Source: Solirubrobacteraceae bacterium | GTDB taxonomy: Bacteria; Actinomycetota; Thermoleophilia; Solirubrobacterales; Solirubrobacteraceae | Reading direction: 5' to 3' | DNA: 64,000 bases | NCBI GenBank assembly: GCA_051005855.1 | Contig: JBPCIY010000057.1 | Coordinates: 7,351 to 71,350 of the forward strand | Shown here: piece by piece, positions 28,701 through 38,897 of the stretch | Numbering within the stretch: the stretch's first letter is position 1 | Layout of the letters: each line of letters starts with the position of its first letter | The notes under the pieces: generated by a model | What the model saw: the letters and a program-made list of their open reading frames with translations, nothing else | The model's database searches: none | Told to the model about the DNA's origin: nothing | Made by a program: the position numbers and the translations under genes

Positions 28701-29289
28701 GCTGAGCGGAACCGTGGCCGGTTTGAGCGGCGATGTCCTGCTCAGCACCACCTACTCGCGGGTGGCGGCCAAGCACCGGCTGGCGGCCTGGGTACGTCTC
28801 CTGGCCCTGATCGCCTCCCATCCCGAGCGCGAGCTGTCGGCCGCCACGGTCGGGCGAGCCGGCGGCCGTGATGACGTGCGCACCGCGCTGATCGCACCGC
28901 TGGCGGCCAGCCCAGACGAGCGCCGGCGGGTCGCGGTGGACGAGCTGACGGCGCTCATCGACCTGTTCGACCGGGGCCTGCGCGAACCGCTGCCGCTGTT
29001 CTGTCAGACCTCGGCCGCCTACGCCGCCGCCGCGGCCGGCGGTCAGGATGCGGTCGCGGCCGGCGAGTCAGAGTGGACGAGCGGTTGGAACTTCGATCGC
29101 GAGGACCGCGAGCTCGAGCATCAGCTCGTGCTCGGTGGCGTACGGACCTTCGCCGAGCTGCTCGAGATCGCTCCGGGGCCCGACGAGGCCGGGCCCGGCT
29201 GGGCCGCCGACGACCCCTCTCACCTGGGCCGCCTCGCTCGGCGACTCTGGGACGGGCTGCTGACCCACGAGGAGGTGAGAGCGCGGTGA
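25795..29289 (+). CDS. recC: Exodeoxyribonuclease V gamma subunit
   Basis: GTG 25795 LILHRAQRSD; EVVAVPTRGMERWL, HSCHGRARQVEV, CTLMPMRSVPHRVICLLGL. Confidence 0.95.
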   Translation: MLILHRAQRSDGLADALAELLARPLDDPFAPEVVAVPTRGMERWLTQHMSGVLGASTGRGDGICAGVEFPFPHRLIGDVVATTSGIAPTEDPWLPDRAAWPLLEVVEAGLDEAWLSTLAGYLGHSDSGSDRFRADRRLGVVRHLADLFDRYALHRPAMVQAWAQGRDVDAVGSALPSGAVWQAELWRRLRAKIALPGPAERRVRACARLTEDAALVPLPSRIALFGLTRLPAGHLQILRALAHERDVHLFLLHPSDALWASVSTALADTPPPRRRAQDPTAELTANALLASWGRDVRELQLVLAHDSVPGAGPTAEASPAVDLGVDQQRPAATPSTSLLGRIQDGVRADRAAPGPPLPGQPDQRPQLAARDRSVQIHSCHGRARQVEVIRDAILHALAADETLEPRDVIVMCPDIETFAPLIAATFGSGESTGDDEGSEPAAAGLRPVDLRVRLADRSLRQTNPILGAVSSLLELAQERITASQVLDLADRGPVRRRFGLDDNDLTRLQDWIAQAGIRWGLDAPRRARFKLEGVPEGTWQAGLERVLLGVTMTEDGQRLFENVLPLDDVDSGSIDLAGRFAELIARLGTTLDTFGTSQTLAGWSEALAAAADALTATPGRERWQRGELQRVLDEIVLEAADGADVELAPAEVRALLHERLAGRPTRANFRTGHLTICTLMPMRSVPHRVICLLGLDDGAFPRKAPRDGDDLLLDDPHVGERDPRSEDRQLLLDALMAATERLIITYTGNDERTNTPRPPAVPVGELLEAIDATARAPDGEARDQVLVRHPLQPFDPRNFTPGKLGGERAWSFDPVTLDGARALSGPRVAPPPFLTGPLPPRDGRVIELDDLVRFVEHPVRAFLRQRLGISVRGSVDEIEDGLPVELDGLQRWGVGQRLLEARLAGVDGNTAIKAEIARGTLPPGVLGEPVVRAVYPLVEAIVTAAQAVAPAGRTAEPIDVRLTLADGRRLSGTVAGLSGDVLLSTTYSRVAAKHRLAAWVRLLALIASHPERELSAATVGRAGGRDDVRTALIAPLAASPDERRRVAVDELTALIDLFDRGLREPLPLFCQTSAAYAAAAAGGQDAVAAGESEWTSGWNFDREDRELEHQLVLGGVRTFAELLEIAPGPDEAGPGWAADDPSHLGRLARRLWDGLLTHEEVRAR

Positions 29290-32200
29290 CCGGCGCGAGC
29301 GATGACTCGGTGCGCGGCCTCGATCAACCGCTCGAGTTCGACGTCTGCGGCCCCCTGCCGACCGGCGTCACCGTGCTCGAGGCCAGCGCCGGAACGGGAA
29401 AAACGTACACGATCGCCGCGCTGGCGGCGCGCTACGTGGCCGACGGAATCCCGCTCGAGCGGTTGCTCCTGGTCACCTTCACCCGAATCGCCACCGGCGA
29501 GCTGCGCGACCGGGTCCGCGAGCGACTGCTGAGCGCCGAGCAGGGGCTCGCCCGGGCCCTGGCCGGCGTTCTGCCCGGCGCGGATCGCCTCGTGGCCCTG
29601 CTCGCGACCGGCTCAGAGCGCGAGGTCCGGTTGCGGCGCCAACGGCTCGCCCGAGCCGTGGCCAGCTTTGATGCCGCCACCATCGCGACCACTCACGGCT
29701 TCTGCCAGGAGGTACTGGGCGGACTCGGTATCGCGGGTGACCTCGAGCCCGACGTCACCTTCGTCGAGGATCTCGGCGACCTGGTCGCCGACGTGGTCGA
29801 TGACCTCTACATCCGTCGCTTCAGCCCGAGCGGCAGCCCCGCCTTCGGGAGAGCCCAGGCGGCCGAGATCGCCCGCGTGGCGATCGACAACCCGGCCGCG
29901 ACGATCGTCAGCTCCGCGGACGAGCGACCGGCCATGCGGGGCCGGCTGGCCCAGGCGGTGCGGGATGAGTTCGAGGCCCGCAAGCGGGGACTGGGGGTGA
30001 TGACCTACGACGATCTCGTCACCCGGCTCAGTGATGCGCTGTCCGGCGAACGTGGTGAGGCCGCGGCCCGCCAGCTGCATCAGCGCTTCCGGGTCGTGCT
30101 CGTGGACGAGTTTCAGGACACCGACCCGGCCCAGTGGGCGATCCTGCGCCGCGCCTTTGGCGATGCCAGCGTGACGCTGGTGCTGATCGCCGACCCCAAG
30201 CAGGCGATCTACGCCTTCCGCGGCGCCGACGTCTACGCGTATCTGGAGGCGGCCCAGGCCGCTGACGCCCGGGCCACGCTGGGCACGAACTGGCGCAGCG
30301 ACGCCAACCTGGTCGCGGCGCACGATGCCCTGCTGGCCGGGGTCAAGCTCGGTCACGAGGGAATCGCCTACCGCCAGGTGCGCGCTGCCCCCGGCCACGA
30401 GGGGTCTCGGCTGATCGGCGCCCCGGCCCCCGCGCCGCTGCGGGTGCGAGTCGCCCAGCGTGAGGACCCGGCGGTCTCGCTCACCCCCGGAGGCAACGTG
30501 CAGAAGGCCAGCGGTCGCGAGCACGTCTGTCTCGACCTCGCCGCCGACGTTGTTGCCCTGCTCGACGGCGACGCGTCGATCGAACGCCGCGGCTACGACG
30601 GCGAGGTGGTCGGCGCCGATCCCGTCCGCGCCGGCCATATCGCCGTGCTGGTCCGGACCAACCGCCAGGCGGCGATGATCCGCGATGCGCTGGACCAGCT
30701 CGGGGTACCGGCCGTGATCAACGGCGCCGGCAGCGTGTTCGCGACCGAGCCGGCCCGCGAGTGGCTGCGCCTGCTCGAGGCCCTCGAGCGTCCCGCCTCA
30801 GTGCCGCGCGCCCACTCGGTGGCCCTGACCCCGTTTCTGGGCTGGACCGCCGAGCGTCTGGCCGCAGCCGACGACGATGGCTGGGCCTGGGAGGAGGTCC
30901 ACCGGCGCCTGCACGACTGGGCGCGGGTGCTGCGCGATCGCGGCGTCGCCTCGCTGGTAGAGACAATCAGCCTGGTCGAGGGCCTACCCGCGCGGGTGCT
31001 GTCCGGGATCGACGGCGAGCGGCGGCTGACCGATCTGCGCCACGTCGGCCAGCTCTTGCACGCCGCCGCCTCCGAAGCCCAGATGGGCACCACCACGCTC
31101 ACCGCCTGGCTGCGCACCCGCGTCGCGCAAGCCGAGAACGACACCGCCGACGAGGAGCGCAGCCGCCGGCTGGAGTCCGACGCCGAGGCCGTGCAGGTGC
31201 TGACCATCCACCGCAGCAAGGGCCTGGAGTTCCCGATCGTCTACCTCCCCTTCCTGTGGGAGCCGGGCTACATCTCCGACCAGCTGGCGCCGGTCTTCTT
31301 TCACGATCCGCAGGCCGGCGACGCCCGCAAGATCGACGTCGCCCTGGAGGGCGCCGACTACGCCGCCCACCGCGAGCAGTTCGTCCGCGAGCAGCGAGGC
31401 GAGGATCTGCGACTGGCTTACGTGGCGCTGACTCGCGCGCGCCATCAGGTCGTGCTCTGGTGGGCCGGCTCGTATGACAGTCGCAATTCACCGCTCTGCC
31501 GTCTGCTCTTCGCCCGCGACGAGCGCGGTGACATCGCTCCCAGCTGCCGTTCGGTCCCCGATGACGCCGCCGTCGTCGAGCGGTTGCGCTCGCTCGGCGA
31601 GCGGGCGCCCGGTTGTGTAGGCATCGAGCGCGCCGAGCTCGGGCTCCGGGCGGTCTGGAGCCCACCCGCGCCCGAGAAGAGTGAACTGCGTGTGGCCGCC
31701 TTTGACCGCGGCCTCGATCTGCGCTGGCGCCGCACCTCGTACTCCGACATCACCGCCGCCAGCCACGAGTCGTGGGTGACTAGCGAGCCCGAGGATCCGC
31801 TGCTCGACGACGAGCCCGGGGACGAGACACCGGCCCCTGACCGGTCGGCGCGGCGTGACCCCGCTCCCGCCGACGCCGAGGCCGACGCCGACGACGCGGC
31901 GGCGAGCGCCCAGGCCTCGCTGTTGGCCGGCCTGCCCGCCGGGGTCGAGGTCGGGACCTTCGTCCATCGCGTGCTCGAGGCGACTGACTTCGCCGCCGCC
32001 GATCTCGAGGTCGAGCTCCGCGGTCGGGTCATCGAGGCCCGGCAGCGACGTGGGGTCGAGATCGGGGATCCGGCGGCCGTGGTCACCGGGCTGGCGGCCG
32101 CCCTGCAGACCCCGCTCGGGCCGGTGCTCGACGGGGTGCGGCTGGCCGACGTGTCCCGCGCGGACCGGCTGGACGAGCTCGGTTTCGAGCTGCCCCTGGT

Positions 32201-32765
32201 GGGGGGCGAGACGCCGACCGGGGTCACCGGCCCCAGCCGCATCGCCGCTGTCCTGCGGGAGTTCATCGGTCCCGACGATCCCCTGGCCGGATACGCCGAG
32301 CGGCTCCAGGACAGCGGGCTGCGGTCCAGCGTGCGCGGCTTTTTGACCGGCAGCCTTGACCTGGTCATCCGCCTGCCCGCCGCGAGCGCCGGAAGCGATT
32401 CGGGCGTCGGGACCCGTTACGCGGTGCTCGACTACAAGACCAACTGGCTGGGCGAACTCGACGAGCCGCTCACGCTTGAGTCCTATCGCCCGGCGCTGAT
32501 CGCGGCCGAGATGCAGCGCCGCCACTACGCGCTGCAGGCGCTGCTCTACCTGGTCGCCCTGCACCGTTTTCTGCGCTGGCGGGTGCCCGGGACCGAGCCG
32601 GCGGGGCGGCTGGCCGGAGTCGTGTACCTGTTTCTGCGCGGGATGAGCGGCCCCGCGACGCCGGTGCGGGACGGAAGCCCCTACGGCGTGTTCGGGTGGC
32701 AGCCGCCCCCGGGACTGGTCCCCGCACTCAGTGACGCCCTCGACGGTCAGGAGGATCGACGGTGA
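29286..32765 (+). CDS. recB: Exodeoxyribonuclease V beta subunit
   Basis: EASAGTGKT, VDEFQDT, DPKQAIYAFRGAD, TIHRSKGLEF; nuclease motifs GSLDLV and LDYKT. GTG 29286 overlaps the recC stop. Confidence 0.95.
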   Translation: MTGASDDSVRGLDQPLEFDVCGPLPTGVTVLEASAGTGKTYTIAALAARYVADGIPLERLLLVTFTRIATGELRDRVRERLLSAEQGLARALAGVLPGADRLVALLATGSEREVRLRRQRLARAVASFDAATIATTHGFCQEVLGGLGIAGDLEPDVTFVEDLGDLVADVVDDLYIRRFSPSGSPAFGRAQAAEIARVAIDNPAATIVSSADERPAMRGRLAQAVRDEFEARKRGLGVMTYDDLVTRLSDALSGERGEAAARQLHQRFRVVLVDEFQDTDPAQWAILRRAFGDASVTLVLIADPKQAIYAFRGADVYAYLEAAQAADARATLGTNWRSDANLVAAHDALLAGVKLGHEGIAYRQVRAAPGHEGSRLIGAPAPAPLRVRVAQREDPAVSLTPGGNVQKASGREHVCLDLAADVVALLDGDASIERRGYDGEVVGADPVRAGHIAVLVRTNRQAAMIRDALDQLGVPAVINGAGSVFATEPAREWLRLLEALERPASVPRAHSVALTPFLGWTAERLAAADDDGWAWEEVHRRLHDWARVLRDRGVASLVETISLVEGLPARVLSGIDGERRLTDLRHVGQLLHAAASEAQMGTTTLTAWLRTRVAQAENDTADEERSRRLESDAEAVQVLTIHRSKGLEFPIVYLPFLWEPGYISDQLAPVFFHDPQAGDARKIDVALEGADYAAHREQFVREQRGEDLRLAYVALTRARHQVVLWWAGSYDSRNSPLCRLLFARDERGDIAPSCRSVPDDAAVVERLRSLGERAPGCVGIERAELGLRAVWSPPAPEKSELRVAAFDRGLDLRWRRTSYSDITAASHESWVTSEPEDPLLDDEPGDETPAPDRSARRDPAPADAEADADDAAASAQASLLAGLPAGVEVGTFVHRVLEATDFAAADLEVELRGRVIEARQRRGVEIGDPAAVVTGLAAALQTPLGPVLDGVRLADVSRADRLDELGFELPLVGGETPTGVTGPSRIAAVLREFIGPDDPLAGYAERLQDSGLRSSVRGFLTGSLDLVIRLPAASAGSDSGVGTRYAVLDYKTNWLGELDEPLTLESYRPALIAAEMQRRHYALQALLYLVALHRFLRWRVPGTEPAGRLAGVVYLFLRGMSGPATPVRDGSPYGVFGWQPPPGLVPALSDALDGQEDRR

Positions 32766-34633
32766 GCGTTCGGGCGCTGTCTGACCCCGATCCGTTCGCC
32801 CCCCGGCTGGTCACGGCCGCCTCGGGGTTGCTGCGCGAGTTCAACCAGGCCGGCGTCCTGGCCGCCGCCGACGTCCACGTCGCCCGCCAGCTGGGCCGGC
32901 TGGCCGGCGAGAGCGACTCGGACGTGCTGCTCGCGGTCGCGCTGGCCGTGCGCGCGCCCCGGCTTGGCCACGTGCTCGTGGACCTGTCCTCGATCCGCGC
33001 GACGGCCGCGGTCGACACCGAGGAACCGATCGATCTCGAATCGCTGGCGTGGCCCGAGCCGGACGCGTGGCTGGCCGGCGTCAGCGCCAGTGCACTGGTC
33101 GGCGAGGAGGGCGCCGCGGGGGTGCGGCCGCTGCGGCGGCTGGGGCCGTGGCTGTATCTGGACCGCTACTGGGCCGAGGAGCTGGCGGTGGCCGCGGCGC
33201 TGGCAGCGCGGTCAGCGGCGGCCCCGCCGGCGGTCGATACCGACGTCCTGGCCGCGGGGCTGCAGCGGCTCTTCAAAGACGAGAGCTCTGGGCTCCAGAG
33301 CCAGGCCGCCGCCGCCGCGGTAGGCCAACGCTTTGCCGTCGTGGCCGGAGGCCCCGGCACGGGCAAGACGACTACGGTGGCTCGGATTGTCGCCCTGCTC
33401 GGCGAGCAGGCGCTCGCCGCGGGCCGCGCGCTGCCTGTGGTCGCCCTCGCCGCGCCGACCGGCAAGGCTGCGGCCCGACTCCAGGAGGCCGTCCACGCCG
33501 AGGCGGGGGAGCTGGAGGTCGCCACCGAGATCCGCGAGCAGCTGCTCGAACTGCCCGCGACCACGCTGCACCGCCTGCTCGGCTGGCGGCCGGGGAGCAT
33601 GAGCCGCTTTCGCCACGACCGCCACCGCCGCCTGGCCCACGACGTGGTGATCGTAGATGAGACCTCGATGGTCTCGCTGTCGCTGATGGCGCGGCTGATC
33701 GACGCGCTGCGCGACGACGCGCGGCTGGTGCTGGTGGGGGATCCCGGGCAGCTCGCCTCGATCGAGGCGGGGGCGGTGCTCGGTGACATCGTCGGCCCGG
33801 CGCCCCGGCGCCCTCCCCGCCGGGCTGGTGCGGAGCTGGCGGCCCCGCGCTTCGGGGACGGGATCGTCGTGCTCGAGCGCGTGCATCGTTTCGGGGGGGG
33901 AATCGCCGAGCTGTCCATGGCAATCCGCGGAGGCGACGCCGAGGCGGTGCTCGAGCTCCTGCGTTCGCCGCCGGCCGGCGTGGAATGGATCGAGACCGAT
34001 GTCGGTGAGGAGGCGGGGCTCGAGCCGGTGCGCGAGGGCGCTCTGGTCTGCGCCCGGGCGGTCGGTGAGGCTGCCCGAACCGGGCGCGCCGAGGCGGCCC
34101 TCGCGGCGCTGGGCGGCTTTCGGATCCTGTGCGCGCACCGCCGCGGCCCTTACGGGGTCGCAAGCTGGACCGCGCGGATGGAGGCCTGGCTTGAGGCGGA
34201 GCTTCCCGGCCTGCGCGGCGACGAGCGCTGGTACGTCGGACGCCCGCTGCTGGTCACCGAGAACGACTACGAGCTCGGTCTGCATAACGGTGACACCGGG
34301 GTGGTGATCGAGGCCGGCGGACGCGTGCAGGCGGCCTTTGCCCGCGGCGCCGGCGTGGCTGGCTTCAGCCCCAGCCGGCTCGGCGCGGTGCAGACCGTCT
34401 ACGCGATGACGATCCACAAGAGCCAGGGGTCGCAGTTCGACGCCGCCGCCGTCCTCCTGCCCGAGCCCGATTCGCGGATCCTCACCCGCGAGCTGCTCTA
34501 CACCGCCGCCACTCGGGCCCGGCGGCGGCTGATCGTGGCCGGGACCGAGGCGGCGATCCGGACCGCCGTGCAGCGGCCGGTGGCGCGGGCGTCGGGGCTG
34601 CGATGGCGGCTGTGGGGCGAGGAGGGCGCCTAA
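32762..34633 (+). CDS. recD: Exodeoxyribonuclease V alpha subunit
   Basis: GGPGTGKT, APTGKAA, VDETSM, GDPGQL, TIHKSQGSQF, YTAATRA. Confidence 0.95.
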   Translation: MSVRALSDPDPFAPRLVTAASGLLREFNQAGVLAAADVHVARQLGRLAGESDSDVLLAVALAVRAPRLGHVLVDLSSIRATAAVDTEEPIDLESLAWPEPDAWLAGVSASALVGEEGAAGVRPLRRLGPWLYLDRYWAEELAVAAALAARSAAAPPAVDTDVLAAGLQRLFKDESSGLQSQAAAAAVGQRFAVVAGGPGTGKTTTVARIVALLGEQALAAGRALPVVALAAPTGKAAARLQEAVHAEAGELEVATEIREQLLELPATTLHRLLGWRPGSMSRFRHDRHRRLAHDVVIVDETSMVSLSLMARLIDALRDDARLVLVGDPGQLASIEAGAVLGDIVGPAPRRPPRRAGAELAAPRFGDGIVVLERVHRFGGGIAELSMAIRGGDAEAVLELLRSPPAGVEWIETDVGEEAGLEPVREGALVCARAVGEAARTGRAEAALAALGGFRILCAHRRGPYGVASWTARMEAWLEAELPGLRGDERWYVGRPLLVTENDYELGLHNGDTGVVIEAGGRVQAAFARGAGVAGFSPSRLGAVQTVYAMTIHKSQGSQFDAAAVLLPEPDSRILTRELLYTAATRARRRLIVAGTEAAIRTAVQRPVARASGLRWRLWGEEGA

Positions 34634-35799
34634 GTGGGGATTTCCGCGCCCAAGAACTTGGCCAGCGCCTCGTGGGTCTCGCGGGGACGCTCGAGCTGGG
34701 GCACATGGCCGCAGTCAAGCTCGAGGTGCTCGGCGGTCGGGAGGACCTCCCGGACGTGGCGCGCGAAGCGGATCGGCACCAGCGGATCCTTCCGGCCCCA
34801 GATGAACAGACTGTCGGGCTCGAGGCTCGAGAGCCGCGTCCACAGGCCCTTGGGACCTCGCGGCTCTTCGAGGTAAATCGCGCGGGCGGCGGCGTAGAAC
34901 GCCGCCCGCCCCCGCGGCGTCAGGTAGGAGCGAAGGAACTCGTCGACTCCGGCGGCCGTCCATTCCTCACGCCCGCCTGGGATCAGACGCTGGACGATCG
35001 CCTCGACCACGAAGCGCGGCGCAGGCTGGATCAGGCCCAGCTGTGGATTCACGAGACGCAGGAGAGGCGCCCACGGGCGGTCGCGCAGCCAGGCCAGCGA
35101 CGGTGCGAGCAGACCGATCCGCCTCACCCGTTCGGGATAGAGCAAGCCCGTCTTCAGGGCCACTCGCCCACCCAGGCTGTTGCCGACCACATGGGCCCGG
35201 TCGAGCTCGAGCGCGTCCATCAGCGCGATCACGGCCCGGGCGAAGAAGGGCGGCGCGTAGGACGCCCGGATCGGTTTGACCGAGTCCCCGAAGCCCGGCA
35301 GATCCACGGCGACCGTCCGAAATTGGCCGGCCAGGGCCGCCACGGTGGGCAGGAACGACACCTTGGTGGCGCCAAGACCGTGGAGGAGCAGGACAAACGG
35401 CCCGGCCCCGGCTTCGGTCACCGACAGGCGGCCCACCGCCGTTTCGAGATGCCGCATGCGCAGGCCGCCGTCGCCGCCGGCCGAGGTCGCGGCCAGGAAC
35501 CCCACTCCGAGGTGCAGGTCGTGCCGAACGCTCAAGCGTCCGGACCGGTAGGAGTTCATGCCGCCCCGCAGGTCCTCGGCGATCTCGCGCCAGGTCTCCA
35601 GGTCGGCGCGGAGCAGCGCGTCCGGGCGCTCGCGCCCGGTAGTGCAGACCCGCGGGGGGCCTCCGTCAAGCTCAACATCCACCGGTTCAGGCCCGGCGCC
35701 GACCAGGCGTAGGCGGGCGCTTGGACGGCCGAGCTCGAACACGGTGGGGTCATAGTGGCGGAGCAGGTCCTGGACGACCGGCGGGGGGCGGCGTGGCAT
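34630..35799 (-). CDS. SCP2-like domain fused to an alpha/beta hydrolase
   Basis: ATG 35799; SCP2-like PDALLRAD...GRLSVRHDL; LLHGLG, DLPGFG, GNSLG nucleophile, D in WGRKD, H in CGH. Confidence 0.8.
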   Translation of the reverse strand: MPRRPPPVVQDLLRHYDPTVFELGRPSARLRLVGAGPEPVDVELDGGPPRVCTTGRERPDALLRADLETWREIAEDLRGGMNSYRSGRLSVRHDLHLGVGFLAATSAGGDGGLRMRHLETAVGRLSVTEAGAGPFVLLLHGLGATKVSFLPTVAALAGQFRTVAVDLPGFGDSVKPIRASYAPPFFARAVIALMDALELDRAHVVGNSLGGRVALKTGLLYPERVRRIGLLAPSLAWLRDRPWAPLLRLVNPQLGLIQPAPRFVVEAIVQRLIPGGREEWTAAGVDEFLRSYLTPRGRAAFYAAARAIYLEEPRGPKGLWTRLSSLEPDSLFIWGRKDPLVPIRFARHVREVLPTAEHLELDCGHVPQLERPRETHEALAKFLGAEIPT

Positions 35800-35846
35800 C
35801 TGGCTGTTCGTCCTCTCCCTCTCGGGCGGCTTTCTGACCCTCTGGC

Positions 35847-36596
35847 TCACGTCTGGCAGACCGGGCACCAGTAGGTGGTGCGGCCGCCGAGCTTGGCCCG
35901 CTCCAGCGGCGTGTGGCCGCAGCGGGGGCACGGGCCCCCGGATCGGCGAGCAGGGACGAAGCGCCCAGTGTGGACACCACCCTTCGCCGTCGCCGAGCGG
36001 ATCGCCGAGCGCAGCGCGCGCCGCAGGCGGTCGAGCTCTGAGGCCTCGAGCTCGCCAGCCAGCCGGCCGGGGGCGATCCGGGCCTGCCAGAGGGCCTGGT
36101 CGGCGAGCAGGTTCCCGACCCCGGAGATCCACTTCTGATCCAGCAGCCGCGCCTTGACCGGGGCTCGGCCGGTGCCGATCCGGCGCCGAAACTCCCCGCG
36201 CCCGACGAGCGCGGCGTCGGGTCCGACGTGCCTGTAATTGGGGTTGAGCACCGCGCGTCCGAGGCGGCGCTTGTCGCGCAGCGCGACCCGGCTGCCGCCC
36301 TCGAAGTCGATCGCAAAGCGGTCCCAGCGCGGCGTTGGGGCATCGCCGTCGACCACGATATGACCCGCCATCCCGAGGTGCAGTCCCAGGGTCGGGCCGT
36401 CGGCGGTTTCCAGCCACAGGAACTTGCCGCGCCGCTGCGCGGAGACGAACTTGTGGCCTAGCAGGGCAGCGCCGATCTCGCCCGGGGCGTGCGGGCGACA
36501 CACGTAGGTGTCGGCGTCGTGCACGCGCACGATCCGTCGTCCGAGCACCTGCTCGAGGGTCTGCCGGGCGCGCTCGGCTTCGGGGAGCTCGGGCAT
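35847..36596 (-). CDS. Fpg/Nei-family DNA glycosylase
   Basis: MPELPE, RRGKFL, HLGMAG, H2TH LLDQKWISGVGN, Zn finger CPRC...CPVCQ. Confidence 0.92.
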   Translation of the reverse strand: MPELPEAERARQTLEQVLGRRIVRVHDADTYVCRPHAPGEIGAALLGHKFVSAQRRGKFLWLETADGPTLGLHLGMAGHIVVDGDAPTPRWDRFAIDFEGGSRVALRDKRRLGRAVLNPNYRHVGPDAALVGRGEFRRRIGTGRAPVKARLLDQKWISGVGNLLADQALWQARIAPGRLAGELEASELDRLRRALRSAIRSATAKGGVHTGRFVPARRSGGPCPRCGHTPLERAKLGGRTTYWCPVCQT

Positions 36597-36608
36597 ACTT
36601 TGAGCCTA

Positions 36609-37154
36609 GTGCCGCCCCTCGTATCCGGTCTCCAGGTCGCCCACACCGCCGACCTCGACCTTTGCACTCTCGATGCCGCCCGGACCCTGCTGGACCACGT
36701 GTTCGGCGACGAGATGACCGAGCCCGACTGGGAGCACGCGCTGGGGGGCGTACACGCTCTGGTCTGGGAGGCGGGCGAGCTCGTCGGCCACGGCGCGGTC
36801 ATCCAGCGGCGGCTGCTGCACGGCGGGCGGGCGCTGCGCACGGGCTACGTCGAGGGCGTCGCCGTCCGCGCCGATCGGCGCCGGTGCGGCGTGGGGGCAA
36901 CGGTGATGGAGGCGCTTGAGCGTGTGGTGCGTCACGCCTACGAGCTGGGTGCCCTGGGCGCGAGCGAAGCGGGCGCTGTCTTCTACGCGGCCCGGGGCTG
37001 GGAGGCCTGGCGGGGGACGACGTGGGCGCTCACGCCCGCGGGCCGGGTCCGCACACAAGACGAGGACGACGGCATCTTCGTGCTGCCGGTCTCGGCCGAG
37101 CTGGACCTCACCGGCGAGCTCACCTGCGACTGGCGCGACGGCGACGTGTGGTGA
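36609..37154 (+). CDS. aac(2'): Aminoglycoside 2'-N-acetyltransferase-like GNAT (AAC(2')-I family)
   Basis: HTADLD, DWEHALGGVHAL, QRRLLH, GYVEGVAVRAD, CDWRDGDVW closely follow mycobacterial AAC(2')-Ic as I recall it. Confidence 0.85.
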   Translation: MPPLVSGLQVAHTADLDLCTLDAARTLLDHVFGDEMTEPDWEHALGGVHALVWEAGELVGHGAVIQRRLLHGGRALRTGYVEGVAVRADRRRCGVGATVMEALERVVRHAYELGALGASEAGAVFYAARGWEAWRGTTWALTPAGRVRTQDEDDGIFVLPVSAELDLTGELTCDWRDGDVW

Positions 37155-37197
37155 CGACGCCGGGCGACCCGGCGGGCCGATCTGGCAAGCTGAGACC

Positions 37198-37809
37198 ATG
37201 AGTCCAGCCACCCTCCAGCACCACGCGGTCGGCGTCACCTGGCATGAGACCGACGCCATGGCCCGGGCGGCCCACGCCGTCCGCGCCGGGCAGGACACCT
37301 GGCTGATCGATCCCTTCGACGATCCCGCCGCGTTGACCGCGGTCTCCGAACTGGGGCGCCCGGCCGGCGTGATCCAGCTCCTGGACCGTCACAACCGTGA
37401 CTGTGCCGAGATCGCCCAGCGCCTGGGCGTGCCGCACCACAAGGTGCCGACGGCGCTGCCGCCGGAAAGCGGCTTCCAAGCTGTCTCGGTGGTCGCGCGG
37501 CCGTGGTGGAAGGAGGTCGCCCTGTGGTGGCCTGACGAGCAGACCCTGATCGTCGCCGAGGCCGTGGGGACGATCCCGCTGTTCGCGCTCGGACGCCCGG
37601 CCGGCCTGCACCCGATGCTGCGGATGACCCCACCGCGCGCGGCGCTGGGCGGGTTTGCGCCGCAGCGGCTGCTGGTCGGCCATGGCCCGGCGCTCGAGTC
37701 CGGGGGCGCCGAGGCGCTCGCCGGAGCGCTCTCGGCGGCCCGCGCGGACGTCCCCCAGCTACTGACCAAGCTGCCCGGCATCCTGCGGGCCGGCCCCAGA
37801 GCCAGCTAG
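37198..37809 (+). CDS. Hypothetical protein, degenerate metallo-beta-lactamase-like fold
   Basis: ATG 37198; [19 protein letters not shown]. Confidence 0.65.
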   Translation: MSPATLQHHAVGVTWHETDAMARAAHAVRAGQDTWLIDPFDDPAALTAVSELGRPAGVIQLLDRHNRDCAEIAQRLGVPHHKVPTALPPESGFQAVSVVARPWWKEVALWWPDEQTLIVAEAVGTIPLFALGRPAGLHPMLRMTPPRAALGGFAPQRLLVGHGPALESGGAEALAGALSAARADVPQLLTKLPGILRAGPRAS

Positions 37810-38798
37810 AGGTTGAGCGCCGCCATCCCGGCCTCGTCGTAGCGGTCGCCCGCGGTGGGCGGCAGCTCCTGATCGAGGCGGGCCAGGTCCTGCTCGGTCA
37901 GCTTCACGTCGGCCGCGGCCGCGTTCTGCTCCAGGTACTCACGGCGCTTGGTGCCCGGAATCGGGACCAGATCCTCGCCCTGGGCCAGGACCCAGGCCAG
38001 GGCCAGCTGGGCGGCGGTGATGCCCTTCTCGTCGGCGATCTCCGACACCTTGGCGGCGATCTTCAGGTTGGCGTCGAGGTTCGCGCCTCGGAAGCGGGGA
38101 CCGTGGCGACGGAAGTCGTTTTGGTCGAGATCCTCGGGGCTCTTGAAGCGCCCGGAGAGAAAGCCGCGCCCCAGCGGCGAGTAGGGCACGAAGCCGATCC
38201 CGAGCTCGCGGCAGGTGGGCAGCACCTCGCTCTCTGGGTCACGGGTCCAGAGCGAGTACTCGGTCTGCACGGCGGTGATCGGATGCACCGCGTGGGCGCG
38301 GCGGATCGTCGCCGGGGCCGCCTCGCTGAGCCCGATGTGCCGGACCTTGCCGGCCTGGACCAGCTCGGCCATTGCGCCCACGGTCTCCTCGATCTCGACG
38401 TTGGGGTCGACCCGGTGCTGGTAGTAGAGGTCGACGTGGTCGGTGCCCAGCCGCTGCAGCGAGCCCTCGATCGAGTTGCGCACGTGGTCGGCCGAGCCGT
38501 CCAGCGGACCGATCGTCGACATGTCCCCGGGGACGGTCTCGGCGCTCGTGCGGCGGGCGAACTTGGTCGCGATCACGTACTCGTCGCGGTGACCCTTGAT
38601 CGCCTTACCGAGCAGCTGCTCGTTGGTCAGCGGTCCGTAGAGCTGCGCGGTGTCCAGGAAGTTGATTCCCAGCTCGAGCGCGCGCTGGATGGTGGCCACC
38701 GCCTCACCCTCATCGGTCGAGCCGTAGAAGGCCGACATGCCCATGCAGCCCAGGCCGAGGGCGGAGACTTCGAGCGTGCCTAGTTTGCGCTGCTCCAT
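37806..38798 (-). CDS. Aldo/keto reductase
   Basis: ATG 38798; [39 protein letters not shown]. Confidence 0.93.
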   Translation of the reverse strand: MEQRKLGTLEVSALGLGCMGMSAFYGSTDEGEAVATIQRALELGINFLDTAQLYGPLTNEQLLGKAIKGHRDEYVIATKFARRTSAETVPGDMSTIGPLDGSADHVRNSIEGSLQRLGTDHVDLYYQHRVDPNVEIEETVGAMAELVQAGKVRHIGLSEAAPATIRRAHAVHPITAVQTEYSLWTRDPESEVLPTCRELGIGFVPYSPLGRGFLSGRFKSPEDLDQNDFRRHGPRFRGANLDANLKIAAKVSEIADEKGITAAQLALAWVLAQGEDLVPIPGTKRREYLEQNAAAADVKLTEQDLARLDQELPPTAGDRYDEAGMAALNL

Positions 38799-38897
38799 TT
38801 CGGGGGCTCCGATCTTGTTGCGGTCTCCCTCAACATAGTTCGCGTCACGCGGGCTCATGCGACGATGCGTCCATGGCGAGCCGGCCGGGCGGCGAGG

